Assembly: GCA_038245295.1 (NCBI GenBank)
Contig: JBBRSP010000001.1
Location: 59,486-123,485, forward strand
Direction: 5' to 3'
From: Candidatus Binatia bacterium
GTDB taxonomy: Bacteria; Desulfobacterota; Binatia; HRBIN30
DNA: 64,000 nt
Position numbers and translations under genes: made by a program. Position 1 is the first letter of the stretch. Each line of letters begins with the position of its first letter. The notes under the pieces are model-generated. The model saw nothing but the letters and a program-made list of their open reading frames with translations, did no database searches and was not told the DNA's origin. This document shows, one piece after another, positions 40,244 through 49,282 of the stretch.

Positions 40244-41167
40244 ATGGCGACCGCCACGCAACTCGTATTCGTTACCGGCAAAGGTGGCGTCGGCAAGACG
40301 ACGATGGCGGCGGCTCTAGGACTGCACGCGGCGGGGGAAGGCCAGCGTGTGCTGATCGTCGAAACTGCCGGTGACGGTAGCTTGGCGCAGCTCTTCGGGA
40401 AGCAGCAACTGGCGCCCAAGCCATCACGGATGCGGCCGCAGCTCGATGCCGTGCGCGTCGATGCGCGACAGTTGGTCGAACAGTACTTCTCCGAGATGCT
40501 GCGCTTCCGTTGGTTGTCGGATCGCCTTCTGTCGAGCAGCACCTTCAATGCACTCACTGCCGCCGCCCCGGGCATCACGGAGTTTCTTCTGCTGGATCGG
40601 ATCCTTGGTTGGGTCGAGCCGGGAGTACTGCGACGCAAACCCTACGACCTCGTCATCGTCGACGGGCCGGCGACCGGTCACGCGTTGAAACTGCTGCGCA
40701 CACCGCGCAATCTGGCGACCATGGTGCCGGGCGGTCCGCTCGGGCGCACGGCACGGCGTCTTCTTGGCTTGTTGGGAAACCGACTGCAGACGCAGGTGGT
40801 CCTCGTCGGCCTGGCCGAGGAGATGGTGATCCGCGAGACCATCGAGACGCATACGGCGATCGCCGGTGACCTGGCTCTGCGCGTCGCACGGCCGGTGATC
40901 AACCGTGTTCTGCCGCACCACTTCACCGCCGCGCAGGTGGCGCTGATCGAGGGCGGCCCGGCCCACCCTCTCCTCGAGGCGGCACGCTTTTCCGCGGCGG
41001 TGCGACGCGAAGCCGATCGGCATGTCGGGACCTTGCGACGAGCCCTTGGCGTGACTCCCATTCTGGTGCGTCAGGTGTTCGCCGAGCGCGTCGGTATAGA
41101 TGATCTGGGCCCGATCGGGCGCAGCCTGTCGCGCGTCGTCTTGAACGGCTCGACGGAGACGGCGTGA
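40244..41167 (+). CDS. ArsA/Get3-family P-loop ATPase (single ATPase domain), copy 1.
   Basis: Deviant Walker A GKGGVGKTT and A-loop-like DGPATGHALKLL. The track start at 40112 is trimmed to the ATG at 40244. Confidence 0.7.
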   Translation: MATATQLVFVTGKGGVGKTTMAAALGLHAAGEGQRVLIVETAGDGSLAQLFGKQQLAPKPSRMRPQLDAVRVDARQLVEQYFSEMLRFRWLSDRLLSSSTFNALTAAAPGITEFLLLDRILGWVEPGVLRRKPYDLVIVDGPATGHALKLLRTPRNLATMVPGGPLGRTARRLLGLLGNRLQTQVVLVGLAEEMVIRETIETHTAIAGDLALRVARPVINRVLPHHFTAAQVALIEGGPAHPLLEAARFSAAVRREADRHVGTLRRALGVTPILVRQVFAERVGIDDLGPIGRSLSRVVLNGSTETA

Positions 41168-42243
41168 TCTCGCTCAAGAACATTCTGGATCGCCGCTTGA
41201 TCGTCTGTGTCGGCTGTGGCGGGGTGGGCAAGACCACTACGGCGGCCGCCCTGGCGCTGACGGCGGCACGTGAAGGTCGGCGCGTCGCCGTCATCACGTT
41301 CGACCCGGCGAAGCGGTTGAAAGATGCGCTTGGGTTGGACGACTTGTCGGTTGATCCGCAACCCGTGATGATCGAGGGCGGCGCCAGCTTCGATGCCCTC
41401 GCTCTCGACACCAAACGCACCTGGGACTCGCTCGTCGAGCGTTTCGCCGGCAGTCGGGAAGCGGCCGAACGTATCCTGACGAATCGTCTTTACCAGGAGC
41501 TCTCGAACGAGCTCGCCGGCTCGGCGGAATATATGGCGATGGAGAAGTTGCACGAGTTGGCGCACCTCGGGACCTACGATCTGCTGATCGTCGATACACC
41601 GCCGAGCAGCCACGCGCGCGATTTGCTGCACGCACCGAATCGGCTGTTGGGTTTGTTGGCGACACGCGCCGTCAGCCTGCTGCGCTCGCCCGCCTCTTTG
41701 CTGAGCGGCATAGAGTCGACGGCGGCCCGCACGCTATTGGCGGGGTTGCTGAAGGGGCTCGAGCGTTGGAGTGGGCTCGAGTTGATGCGTGACCTCAGCG
41801 ACTTCGTCGGGGGCTTCGAACACATGATCGAAGGCTTCGCCAAACGGGCCGAGGAAGTGAATCGCCTGTTGCGTAGTCGTCGCACGGCATTCCTGCTGGT
41901 GACAACAGCCGAGCCCTATACGGTCGAGACAACCATCGGCTTTCACCGCGACCTTTCGGACGGTGGCTTCACCGTCGCCGGTATCATCGCCAACCGCGTG
42001 CTGACGTTCCCGCCTCTGGCCGGCGTACCCGAATCGGTTGCGCGCTGGGAGAAGGGACTGCAGAAGAAGTTGCTGCGCAACTACGAAGAGCTACGCGCCT
42101 TGTCGGCACGCGACGAGGCGATGATGCGCCGGCTGAGCGAAGCCACCGGAGCGCCGCTGCTCGGTTCGATTGCCGCGGTGACGGAGCCGCCAACGTCGAT
42201 CGCCGCTCTGCAGAAGTTCGCGACGCAGCTCCGCTCTACCTAG
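41164..42243 (+). CDS. ArsA/Get3-family P-loop ATPase, copy 2, with degenerate signature motifs.
   Basis: GCGGVGKTT (Cys replaces the signature Lys) and DTPPSSHARDLL in place of DTAPTGHT. The GTG start overlaps the copy-1 stop (GTGA). Confidence 0.7.
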   Translation: MISLKNILDRRLIVCVGCGGVGKTTTAAALALTAAREGRRVAVITFDPAKRLKDALGLDDLSVDPQPVMIEGGASFDALALDTKRTWDSLVERFAGSREAAERILTNRLYQELSNELAGSAEYMAMEKLHELAHLGTYDLLIVDTPPSSHARDLLHAPNRLLGLLATRAVSLLRSPASLLSGIESTAARTLLAGLLKGLERWSGLELMRDLSDFVGGFEHMIEGFAKRAEEVNRLLRSRRTAFLLVTTAEPYTVETTIGFHRDLSDGGFTVAGIIANRVLTFPPLAGVPESVARWEKGLQKKLLRNYEELRALSARDEAMMRRLSEATGAPLLGSIAAVTEPPTSIAALQKFATQLRST

Positions 42244-42273
42244 ACTCGACCGTTCGGAGAGGTCGAGGGAGGG

Positions 42274-42621
42274 TTAGTCCTCTACTTTGCGCGACTTCTT
42301 GTGGTCGTGTTGTTGCTGCTGTGCCAGGACACGGTCGAGCTTCATGTTCAGGTTGACCAGGCTTCCCTGCAGCGTTTCGATTTTGGTTTTAAGCGTCTGG
42401 TAGTCGGCGCTCGACGGTAGGTTGAGCAGATGCAAGATCGTTTGCGCGTTCTTGTCCATCTGCCCCTTCGTCTTGGCGGCGCGTTGCACCACATTCGACA
42501 AGCCCTCGGCGACGCCGGGGCGGCCCAGGACATCTTCCAAAACTTGTGTCACGGCGGCGTTTCCTTGCGTGACGACCCAGTCCAACAGATTCTTCGGTTG
42601 CTTCGTGCTCTTGGCAGCCAT
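42274..42621 (-). CDS. Phasin-family PHA-granule-associated protein.
   Basis: Small coiled-coil protein. LLNLPSSADYQTLKTKIETLQGSL resembles the conserved C-terminal segment of PHA granule-associated proteins (…lN.Ps..d…L..kIdeL…). Confidence 0.5.
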   Translation of the reverse strand: MAAKSTKQPKNLLDWVVTQGNAAVTQVLEDVLGRPGVAEGLSNVVQRAAKTKGQMDKNAQTILHLLNLPSSADYQTLKTKIETLQGSLVNLNMKLDRVLAQQQQHDHKKSRKVED

Positions 42622-42913
42622 GGCGATTGCATATAGTGAGGCCGCCGGAGTCGTCAACTGTGCCCTGGACCACCGCCCTCGGATACTTTACCGGATTGTA
42701 CTTCTTAGATCCGACTCTCGACGCTGGAACGTTGGTGCGAACCACCGTGCTGTTGCACGGTCTCGACTGCATCATGTGCCGGCTGTTCGCGCACAATAAC
42801 GGCCACCCCAAGAATCTGTGGACGGTGCTGGGATTTGTTTTCGGCGTCTGGGCGGTGGCGGTCTTGATCGTGCTGCCGCGCCGCAACCTACATGTCGCGC
42901 CAGACTAAGCGGC

Positions 42914-43813
42914 TCACGCCTTGCGACGAGCGACGCGCAACTTGGCGCTGCCGGCGCGAGAATTGTCTTCTACCTCTTCGTCGTCGGCGCGTAGCGGTCG
43001 CTTGGTCAGGATCTCGACGCGTCCGGCCTGTTTCTCGGCGACGAAGAATTGTTTGACCATGCGATCTTCGAGCGAATGAAAAGACAACACGGCCATGCGG
43101 CCACCTAGCGCCAGCAGCGACAGCGCCTGCGGCAGTGCATCGGCGATGGCCGAGAGCTCATCGTTCACGGCGATGCGCAGTGCCTGAAAGATGCGTGCTG
43201 CCGACCGGGCGGCTTTCCAGCGGACGTTGCCGGGCAATGACGCGGTAATGATCTCCAGCAGCTGTGTCGTGGTTTGTACGGGGCGGTCACGTACGACGCG
43301 CCAGGCGATGCGTTTGGCGAAACGCTCTTCGCCGAAATCGCGGAAGATCGCCGTGAGCTCCTCTTCGTCGCGGCTGGCGAGGATCTCCGCCGCTGTCTCC
43401 GCATCCGAATCGGTCGGATCGAAACGCATGTCGAGCGGCTCGTCATGCGCGAAACTGAAGCCGCGCGCGCTCTGATCGAAATGATAGGAGCTTACGCCGA
43501 CGTCGAAGATGATGGCGTCGACGTCGGTCATGTGGCGCGACGCAGCGATCTTACTCAGCTCACGGAAGTTGCCGTTGGCCAGGATGAGCCGCCCGGCTTC
43601 GGCAAACTCGGCGAGTCGAACCGCGGTGGCGGTGAGAATCTCCGGGTCGCGATCGATGCCAAGGACTTTGCTGTCGGGGCCCGTCGATTCGAGGATCGCC
43701 GCGGTATGTCCGCCGCCGTTGATCGTCGCGTCAATACAGCGGGCGCCACGCGGCAGGTCGAGAAGCTCGAGCAGTTGCTGCGTCAAGATGGGTGTGTGAA
43801 CCGCTGGTTGCAT
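42914..43813 (-). CDS. rsmH: 16S rRNA (cytosine1402-N4)-methyltransferase RsmH/MraW.
   Basis: …IDATINGGGHTAAIL… and full-length RsmH similarity. Confidence 0.9.
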   Translation of the reverse strand: MQPAVHTPILTQQLLELLDLPRGARCIDATINGGGHTAAILESTGPDSKVLGIDRDPEILTATAVRLAEFAEAGRLILANGNFRELSKIAASRHMTDVDAIIFDVGVSSYHFDQSARGFSFAHDEPLDMRFDPTDSDAETAAEILASRDEEELTAIFRDFGEERFAKRIAWRVVRDRPVQTTTQLLEIITASLPGNVRWKAARSAARIFQALRIAVNDELSAIADALPQALSLLALGGRMAVLSFHSLEDRMVKQFFVAEKQAGRVEILTKRPLRADDEEVEDNSRAGSAKLRVARRKA

Positions 43814-43819
43814 GCGTCC

Positions 43820-44929
43820 CTACTTTGCCGTCGGGGTGATTGCCGGTGGACGTGTGCGGCTGACGATGTTTAGAATTTCGTCCGGTCCGAGGACACGGGG
43901 GTAGACCTGCACGTCGCGCATGATGCTACGGGCGCTGCCGGCGCCGTTCGGAACATCGGAGCCAAACAGCCACGGTGTGCCGTTCGGCACCTGCAACTCG
44001 CCGTTGTACTCACTGCTCGGGAGCGGCAGGCCGTCAATAAAAAGCGTCGTCACGCCATCTCCCCACTGGGCGGCCACATGGTGCCAATCGCCTACCTTCC
44101 AGCCTGAAATTCCCGTGCTGCCGCCGCTTTCGTGGCCTGTGTTGTCGCAGAAGAGGAAGCGTAGGTACTGGCCGTTCTTGAAGATCTCGATGCGGTTCTC
44201 GAAGGTTCCGGTCTTCCACTGGGCGAAGCCGGCATTGGTATCAGCCTCGCCGATCCACTCGGGCAGTATCCAGAAGACGACGCTGCCCGACTGCCCGGTG
44301 AAGTTCTCGGGGTTCGGCACGGCGAAACGCGCATCAGCTCCGAAGTGGGCTCCAGCCTCGGTGACCGTGACGTCGTGCTCAATGATCGGGGAGTTGTCAC
44401 CGGCAGCCTGTGCTTGATCCGGTGCCGTCGTCTTGTTGAAACCGAAGGAGATCGCCGGAGCATGGGCGTCGTCCGTGTCGGCTTTTGGACCCGGCACCGA
44501 GCCTGCCGGTGATTGGTTTGCCTGTTGCTCCGCCCGTTCCTGGGCTTCCGATCCGGCGCGCGCGATTTCGGAATCGGCACGCCGCTGCGGGCGAGCCTTG
44601 GGGTCGGTGGTTGCCCCGCTGGTGCCGGGCTCGCTGTCATCAGCGGCGGCGAGGGGTTCGCGTTCCAGACCTTGGCGGGCGCGTTGCGCGGCGGCGGCAA
44701 TCGCCGGCCGGTCCGCGAAGCGCTCATCGCCACCTTCGCTGCCGTCAAAGCGCCCGGAACGACGGCTTGCGGCGCCGCGCGCCTCCCGCCGTCCGGCCGC
44801 GGAAGCGGATACGGCCGAATCACTTTCGCCGTCGTCGTCGGCAAGATCGGGGGACGTCGGACGCAAGAGCCACAGCCCGACCATCAGTAGGATGGCCAGA
44901 GACACTGCAATCAATACCGAGCGCTGCAT
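43820..44929 (-). CDS. N-terminally anchored protein with a long acidic/Ala-rich linker and a C-terminal LamG/concanavalin-A-like domain.
   Basis: TM helix (VLIAVSLAILLMVGLWLL), ~170 aa of low complexity, then a ~180-aa beta-sandwich-like region (…WKVGDWHHVAAQWGDGVTTLFIDG…). It lies 7 nt upstream of rsmH. Confidence 0.5.
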   Translation of the reverse strand: MQRSVLIAVSLAILLMVGLWLLRPTSPDLADDDGESDSAVSASAAGRREARGAASRRSGRFDGSEGGDERFADRPAIAAAAQRARQGLEREPLAAADDSEPGTSGATTDPKARPQRRADSEIARAGSEAQERAEQQANQSPAGSVPGPKADTDDAHAPAISFGFNKTTAPDQAQAAGDNSPIIEHDVTVTEAGAHFGADARFAVPNPENFTGQSGSVVFWILPEWIGEADTNAGFAQWKTGTFENRIEIFKNGQYLRFLFCDNTGHESGGSTGISGWKVGDWHHVAAQWGDGVTTLFIDGLPLPSSEYNGELQVPNGTPWLFGSDVPNGAGSARSIMRDVQVYPRVLGPDEILNIVSRTRPPAITPTAK

Positions 44930-44999
44930 ACAATCTAGGATGTAGCTGTTTTTTGACGCCGCGCCTACTCAGGGAACTGCGAAGAATACGGGTAGGATA

Positions 45000-45065
45000 G
45001 GCGGTTATGCGGTTAGGCGGCTCGCGGTTCCGGAGTTTCTGGAAGAGCCTAACCGCGTAACCGCC
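45000..45065. repeat. 19-bp near-perfect inverted repeat (GGCGGTTATGCGGTTAGGC / GCCTAACCGCGTAACCGCC) with a ~27-nt spacer, in the divergent intergenic region upstream of the GT2-MTase operon.
   Basis: Arms at 45000-45018 and 45047-45065. The single mismatch is a G-U wobble when transcribed on the plus strand. It lies ~75 nt upstream of the GTG at 45141. Confidence 0.6.
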
Positions 45066-45140
45066 AAACGTCTGGAGCGAGGCCCTGCCATAGCTAGCCA
45101 GGCTTGCACGCTACCGCGCCGAGCGGTAAGCCGAGGCGCT

Positions 45141-45935
45141 GTGTCGAACCCTGGCCAATCCCTAGCCCCAAGCCCTGCTCCCGTCGGTCGTCCGCGGCGC
45201 AAGGTGTACATCGTATTGCCGGCGTACAACGAGGAGCCGAATCTTCCGGTTCTCTTCGAGGCGCTCCGCGAGACGATGGAGGACAACTTCATTGCCTATG
45301 AAGTGATCGTCGTTGATGACGGTAGCCAGGATCGCACGGCGGCGGTGGCGCGCGAGTGGGCGGAGCAGATTCCCGTAGTGTTGGTGCAGCATCCGGTGAA
45401 CCAAGGGCTCGGCGCGACATTGCGTGATGGTTTGTTGGCGGCGCTGGAGCGCGCCACGGATCGCGATATCATCATCACCATGGATGCCGATGCGACGCAT
45501 ACGCCGGGTCTGATCGTGCGCATGGTCCGGATGATCGGCGAGGGTTACGACGTCTTGATTGCGTCGCGTTACCAGCCTGGCGCGCGTGTCTATGGCGTGC
45601 CCTTCCTGCGCCGCGTGATGAGTCGCGCTGCCTCGATCCTGATGCGCTTGGTGTTGCCGATCCAAGGGGTCAAAGATTTCACCTGCGGCTATCGCGCCTA
45701 TCGCGCCGATGCGCTGCGCAAAGCGGTCAATCTCTACAAAGGCGAGTTCGTCAATCAGGAAGGCTTTCAGTGTATGCTCGACGTACTGCTGAAGCTGCGC
45801 CCGATGCATTTGGTCTTTGGCGAAGTGCCGATGTTGTTGCGTTACGACCTCAAGGGCGGCGCCAGCAAGATGAACATCTCGCGCACGGCGAAGAATAGCC
45901 TGCTGCTGCTGGTGCGGCGCCGATTCGGGTACTAG
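45141..45935 (+). CDS. Family 2 glycosyltransferase, Dpm1/ArnC/GtrB-like polyprenyl-phosphate sugar synthase.
   Basis: VYIVLPAYNEEPNLP…VIVVDDGSQDRT…ITMDADATH is the Dpm1-like GT2 signature. GTG start. Confidence 0.8.
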   Translation: MSNPGQSLAPSPAPVGRPRRKVYIVLPAYNEEPNLPVLFEALRETMEDNFIAYEVIVVDDGSQDRTAAVAREWAEQIPVVLVQHPVNQGLGATLRDGLLAALERATDRDIIITMDADATHTPGLIVRMVRMIGEGYDVLIASRYQPGARVYGVPFLRRVMSRAASILMRLVLPIQGVKDFTCGYRAYRADALRKAVNLYKGEFVNQEGFQCMLDVLLKLRPMHLVFGEVPMLLRYDLKGGASKMNISRTAKNSLLLLVRRRFGY

Positions 45936-45938
45936 TCA

Positions 45939-46586
45939 ATGTCGGCCGGCGGGTTCGAAGCCGAGTACTACGAACAGAACTATCCCAACTACGCGCGGCA
46001 AAACCCGACGCGTAAGCTCAAGCACTATGAAGAGGCGGTGCGCCGCCACTTGCCGCCGGGCGAGCCGATCCGTGTCTACGATCTCGGCTGTGCCTTCGGG
46101 GCGTATCTCTCAGCAATCGATCCGCAATGGCAGGCCTACGGGGCTGACGTAAGTCATTTCGCCGTCGCCGAAGCGAAGAAGCGCCTGCCGCGCGGACATT
46201 TCGACGTCATCGCCGAACGCAGTATTCCGTTCGACGAGAAGTTTCATGCGATTACGGCATGGGACGTGATCGAACACATTCCCGATCTGGATCGGGTTGC
46301 CGCCGAGGTCGAGGCGCATCTGGTCGAGCGCGGCGCCTTCGTGTTCGTTGTTCCGGTTTATGACGGACCGCTCGGGCCGGTGGTCATGGCGCTCGACAAA
46401 GATCCGACCCACATCCATAAAACCGCGCGTCGCTTCTGGGTCGACTGGGCCGCCCGCCACTTCGAAGTGATCGAGTGGTGGGGAATCTTCCGTTACCTCA
46501 TGCCGGGCGGCTACTACGCCCACGTTCCGACACGTGCTTTACGTTCGATCGCGCCGGCAATCCTCGTCGTTGCGCGCCGCCGCTGA
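45939..46586 (+). CDS. Class I SAM-dependent methyltransferase.
   Basis: VYDLGCAFGAYL (motif I) and …ITAWDVIEHIPD; 3-nt gap after the GT2 gene. Confidence 0.7.
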   Translation: MSAGGFEAEYYEQNYPNYARQNPTRKLKHYEEAVRRHLPPGEPIRVYDLGCAFGAYLSAIDPQWQAYGADVSHFAVAEAKKRLPRGHFDVIAERSIPFDEKFHAITAWDVIEHIPDLDRVAAEVEAHLVERGAFVFVVPVYDGPLGPVVMALDKDPTHIHKTARRFWVDWAARHFEVIEWWGIFRYLMPGGYYAHVPTRALRSIAPAILVVARRR

Positions 46587-46595
46587 ACGCCCGTT

Positions 46596-49259
46596 TTACT
46601 GCGGCTCGACGCCGTCCGGCGGTGCCATTGCCTGCCAATCACCCTTGCCGACGCCGGCGATGGAGTCGGGTGTAATGTTCTCGTGCGTCAGGTTGTCCTT
46701 GTAGTCCTTGACCATGAACCAGGCGTGATCGGTTCCCTTGCCGGGTACGACGCGAAATTCGAGCGGTTGCCCTGGGGTGACGTCACTGGCTGGGACTTCG
46801 ATGAACAAGATGCCCGAGAATCCGCCGGCTTCGCCTTTGAAGGCGAACGTCAGGCGGTAGGCGCCGTTGGTGAACGTCTTGGTGCCGCGCTCCGGGCCCA
46901 GATCGAAGGTCAACGCGTACTTGCCATTGACGTACAACTCGCCGCCGAACGGTTCGGGCGATATCGAGGCGGTCAGGACTGCGACGGTGCGCTTGGCGAT
47001 CGGTGGCGGCGCGGAGGTCCAGACGACTTCGCCCTCGGGATCCCAGACGTAGGTCCACCACGACTCGGTGCCGCCGCGATAGTCGGAGTAGGGGTTTTGT
47101 GTGTGTTTGAAGCGGACGATCGAGTCGAAACCCTCGATGGCCTGCAGCTCGCTGGGTTTGGCCGGTGGAACGATGGCGGTCGCGACGGTGGCCGGGATCT
47201 CCTGCTCGACGACGATGTCGTCGATATCCTTGCCCTCGGCATCCGTAATGCGGGCGGTGAAGTACCAGTCGCCGATCGTCTCGCAGCTCTTGACCAGCAA
47301 GAGGTTGGTGCCGGCGCTCAGGGTGATTTCCTTGCGTACCGGCGCGACTCCCACGGTGAGGGCCCACGCGGTGAGGCTCTCGCCATTGAGCCAGAGTTGC
47401 GCCAGATCGCCGCCGCCGGCGAGCTCGAGCCAGACGGCTTGTTGTTTCGTCGACTTCACCGAAGTGGCCGTATAGGCGCAGACCAGTTCCGGGTTCATCG
47501 GATGGCGCGGGTCGGCGGTGGCGAAGAAACCGTTGAGGTCGACGCGCACATTGCGCTGCGGAATCGGGCGCCAGTACAGATCTCCCCAGGCACCCTTGTA
47601 GCGATCGCGGGTCACCTTCTTGGGATCGATGAAATCGATCTTCTTGCCTTCGTCGTTGTCGTTGAGGAACAGGCCCAGACCCATCCACTTGGTCAGATAG
47701 TTCTTGCGCTTGCGCACTTCGGCAATGACGAATTCCTTCTGTCCGCCGGGTGCGACGATGTCCTTGAGGACGGTGTAGTCGCTGAAGAACGCCATGTCGG
47801 CCGGGCGCAATTGGTACAACACGCGCTGATTCAGGTGGTAGTCGGCGTAAAAGGCGGGATCGGAGATCAGGTAGCCGATGTCGCGATCCTTGTTGTATTT
47901 GATCGGATCCATCGCGTTGTAGAACAGCGCGAAGATCTGCGGCTGATTGACCTCGGTGGCGGTGATCATCATGAGGTCGTACTTGTGGCGCAACGGCTCC
48001 ATGAAGGCGAAGGAGTCGCGGTAGCCGTACTGGAAGCCACCATACGTTGGCGCTGAATATTTGGGATATTCGTTGAAGTAGAAGCGCACGTAACGATCGA
48101 ACTCGGGGGCCGCGAAGTAGACGAAGGCGGCGACGCCGGCAGCCTGCAGGGTAACGACCAACGGACGCCAACGCAGGACCTTGAGGCACCACAAGGCGGT
48201 GCCGAGGCCGATGCCGCCGAGTAGGCACATCACCGGTGCGCCGATGAAGGAACGCGTCGCGGTTGGAATCTCGGTCATCATGCTGGCGCCGGCGGGGTAG
48301 AGCAGCAGCCACCACAACAGCAGCTTGCTGGCGCGGTCGCGCTTCAAGAAAACAGCCAGGACACCGAGCAGGATCAACGGCATGTACGAAGGCAGCAATT
48401 CGCCGAAGCCACGCACGGCATGGCGGCTGATGCTGTCGCCGTTTTGGAACAGGAAGACCGGGTTGAAGAACTCTTTGTAGTTGGCCAGGTAGTGCGCGGC
48501 GTTCTGTTGCAGCGACGCCGCCGGATCGATCATCGTCGTGCGTTGCAGGTAGATCGAGCCCTGCGCGTTGCGGTAATAAAAGATGCCGCACGGGGCGACG
48601 GTCGCCAGGGCCACGATGATCGCCAGGAAGGTTTCCTTCCAGCGCCGTAGCATCGTTGGGAGGTAGAGCAGGCCGAAGCCGATCAGGAACACCGGCACGA
48701 ACAGTGTTGCGATCGCATACGCGTAGACACACAGCCCACCAAAGAACAGCGCCGCCGGCAGGGTGCGCCTACCTTTCGTGAACTCGACGAGGAAATAGAC
48801 ACAAAGGGTGAACAGCATCCCGAACAGCGTCATGTCGAAGGCGATGCGACTGAAATGTAAATGCCATGGCGCTGCCGCCAGCAGCGCGGCGGCGAAGAAG
48901 CCGACCCATGGTCCGAACAGGGAGCGGCCGAGGAAGAACAGGGCGATGATCCCACCGATGCCGAACAGGGCAGCCGGCATGCGAGTGGTGGCTTCGTTGA
49001 TGCCGGCGAAACGCATGATGGCGCCGGCGGTGTAGATGTAGATCGGGTTCTTGTAGCCGCCGAACGACCAGATGAAGAGCGGTAGGAACTTGCCGTTTTC
49101 GTCGTAACCGGTGGTGCCGATCGCGTAGGCGTTGTAGCCCTCGGCCGCCTCGTCGCAGTAAAGCCCGGCTGGGACGTCCTTGAGTTGATAGACCCGCACC
49201 GCAGTGGCCATGACTACAAGAATGGCCATCAACGCAAATTGAACCCATCGGCGCTGCAT
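46596..49259 (-). CDS. ArnT/PMT-like GT-C glycosyltransferase (GT39/GT83-like) with a large C-terminal periplasmic domain.
   Basis: Trimmed to the ATG at 49259 (MQRRWVQFALMAILVV…), preceded by AGGAG. The loop-1 motif YCDEAAEGYNAYAIG corresponds to the ArnT DE.RYAE motif. It has ~13 TM helices and a ~450-aa soluble C-terminus with a PA14-like segment. Confidence 0.7.
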   Translation of the reverse strand: MQRRWVQFALMAILVVMATAVRVYQLKDVPAGLYCDEAAEGYNAYAIGTTGYDENGKFLPLFIWSFGGYKNPIYIYTAGAIMRFAGINEATTRMPAALFGIGGIIALFFLGRSLFGPWVGFFAAALLAAAPWHLHFSRIAFDMTLFGMLFTLCVYFLVEFTKGRRTLPAALFFGGLCVYAYAIATLFVPVFLIGFGLLYLPTMLRRWKETFLAIIVALATVAPCGIFYYRNAQGSIYLQRTTMIDPAASLQQNAAHYLANYKEFFNPVFLFQNGDSISRHAVRGFGELLPSYMPLILLGVLAVFLKRDRASKLLLWWLLLYPAGASMMTEIPTATRSFIGAPVMCLLGGIGLGTALWCLKVLRWRPLVVTLQAAGVAAFVYFAAPEFDRYVRFYFNEYPKYSAPTYGGFQYGYRDSFAFMEPLRHKYDLMMITATEVNQPQIFALFYNAMDPIKYNKDRDIGYLISDPAFYADYHLNQRVLYQLRPADMAFFSDYTVLKDIVAPGGQKEFVIAEVRKRKNYLTKWMGLGLFLNDNDEGKKIDFIDPKKVTRDRYKGAWGDLYWRPIPQRNVRVDLNGFFATADPRHPMNPELVCAYTATSVKSTKQQAVWLELAGGGDLAQLWLNGESLTAWALTVGVAPVRKEITLSAGTNLLLVKSCETIGDWYFTARITDAEGKDIDDIVVEQEIPATVATAIVPPAKPSELQAIEGFDSIVRFKHTQNPYSDYRGGTESWWTYVWDPEGEVVWTSAPPPIAKRTVAVLTASISPEPFGGELYVNGKYALTFDLGPERGTKTFTNGAYRLTFAFKGEAGGFSGILFIEVPASDVTPGQPLEFRVVPGKGTDHAWFMVKDYKDNLTHENITPDSIAGVGKGDWQAMAPPDGVEPQ

Positions 49260-49282
49260 CGTCTGTGTCGACTCCTCGTCCC

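Noticed and set aside
40424-41023. Antisense ORFs (199, 127 and 78 aa) within the first ArsA-like gene.
   Set aside because: They lack motifs, while the sense frame carries P-loop and A-loop signatures.
40244-42243. Interpretation of the ATPase pair as an arsenical resistance pump (arsA).
   Set aside because: No arsB, arsR, arsD or arsC occurs anywhere in the window. The proteins are single-domain (not the fused two-domain ArsA), and the second copy lacks the signature residues. Only a family-level call is made.
42627-42908. A 93-aa plus-strand ORF between the phasin gene and rsmH, with C-terminal hydrophobic segment GHPKNLWTVLGFVFGVWAVAVLIVLP.
   Set aside because: It could be a real small membrane protein divergent from the phasin gene, but it has no RBS, the N-terminal half is unconvincing, and its 5' end overlaps the phasin gene in the longer ORF model. 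I left it uncalled.
46683-48732. The 457-aa (+) and 649-aa (-) ORFs overlapping the ArnT-like GT-C gene.
   Set aside because: One is a different frame of the same DNA or antisense to it, with extreme Arg/His/Pro content and no TM or catalytic motifs. The GT-C frame has the DE motif and coherent TM topology.
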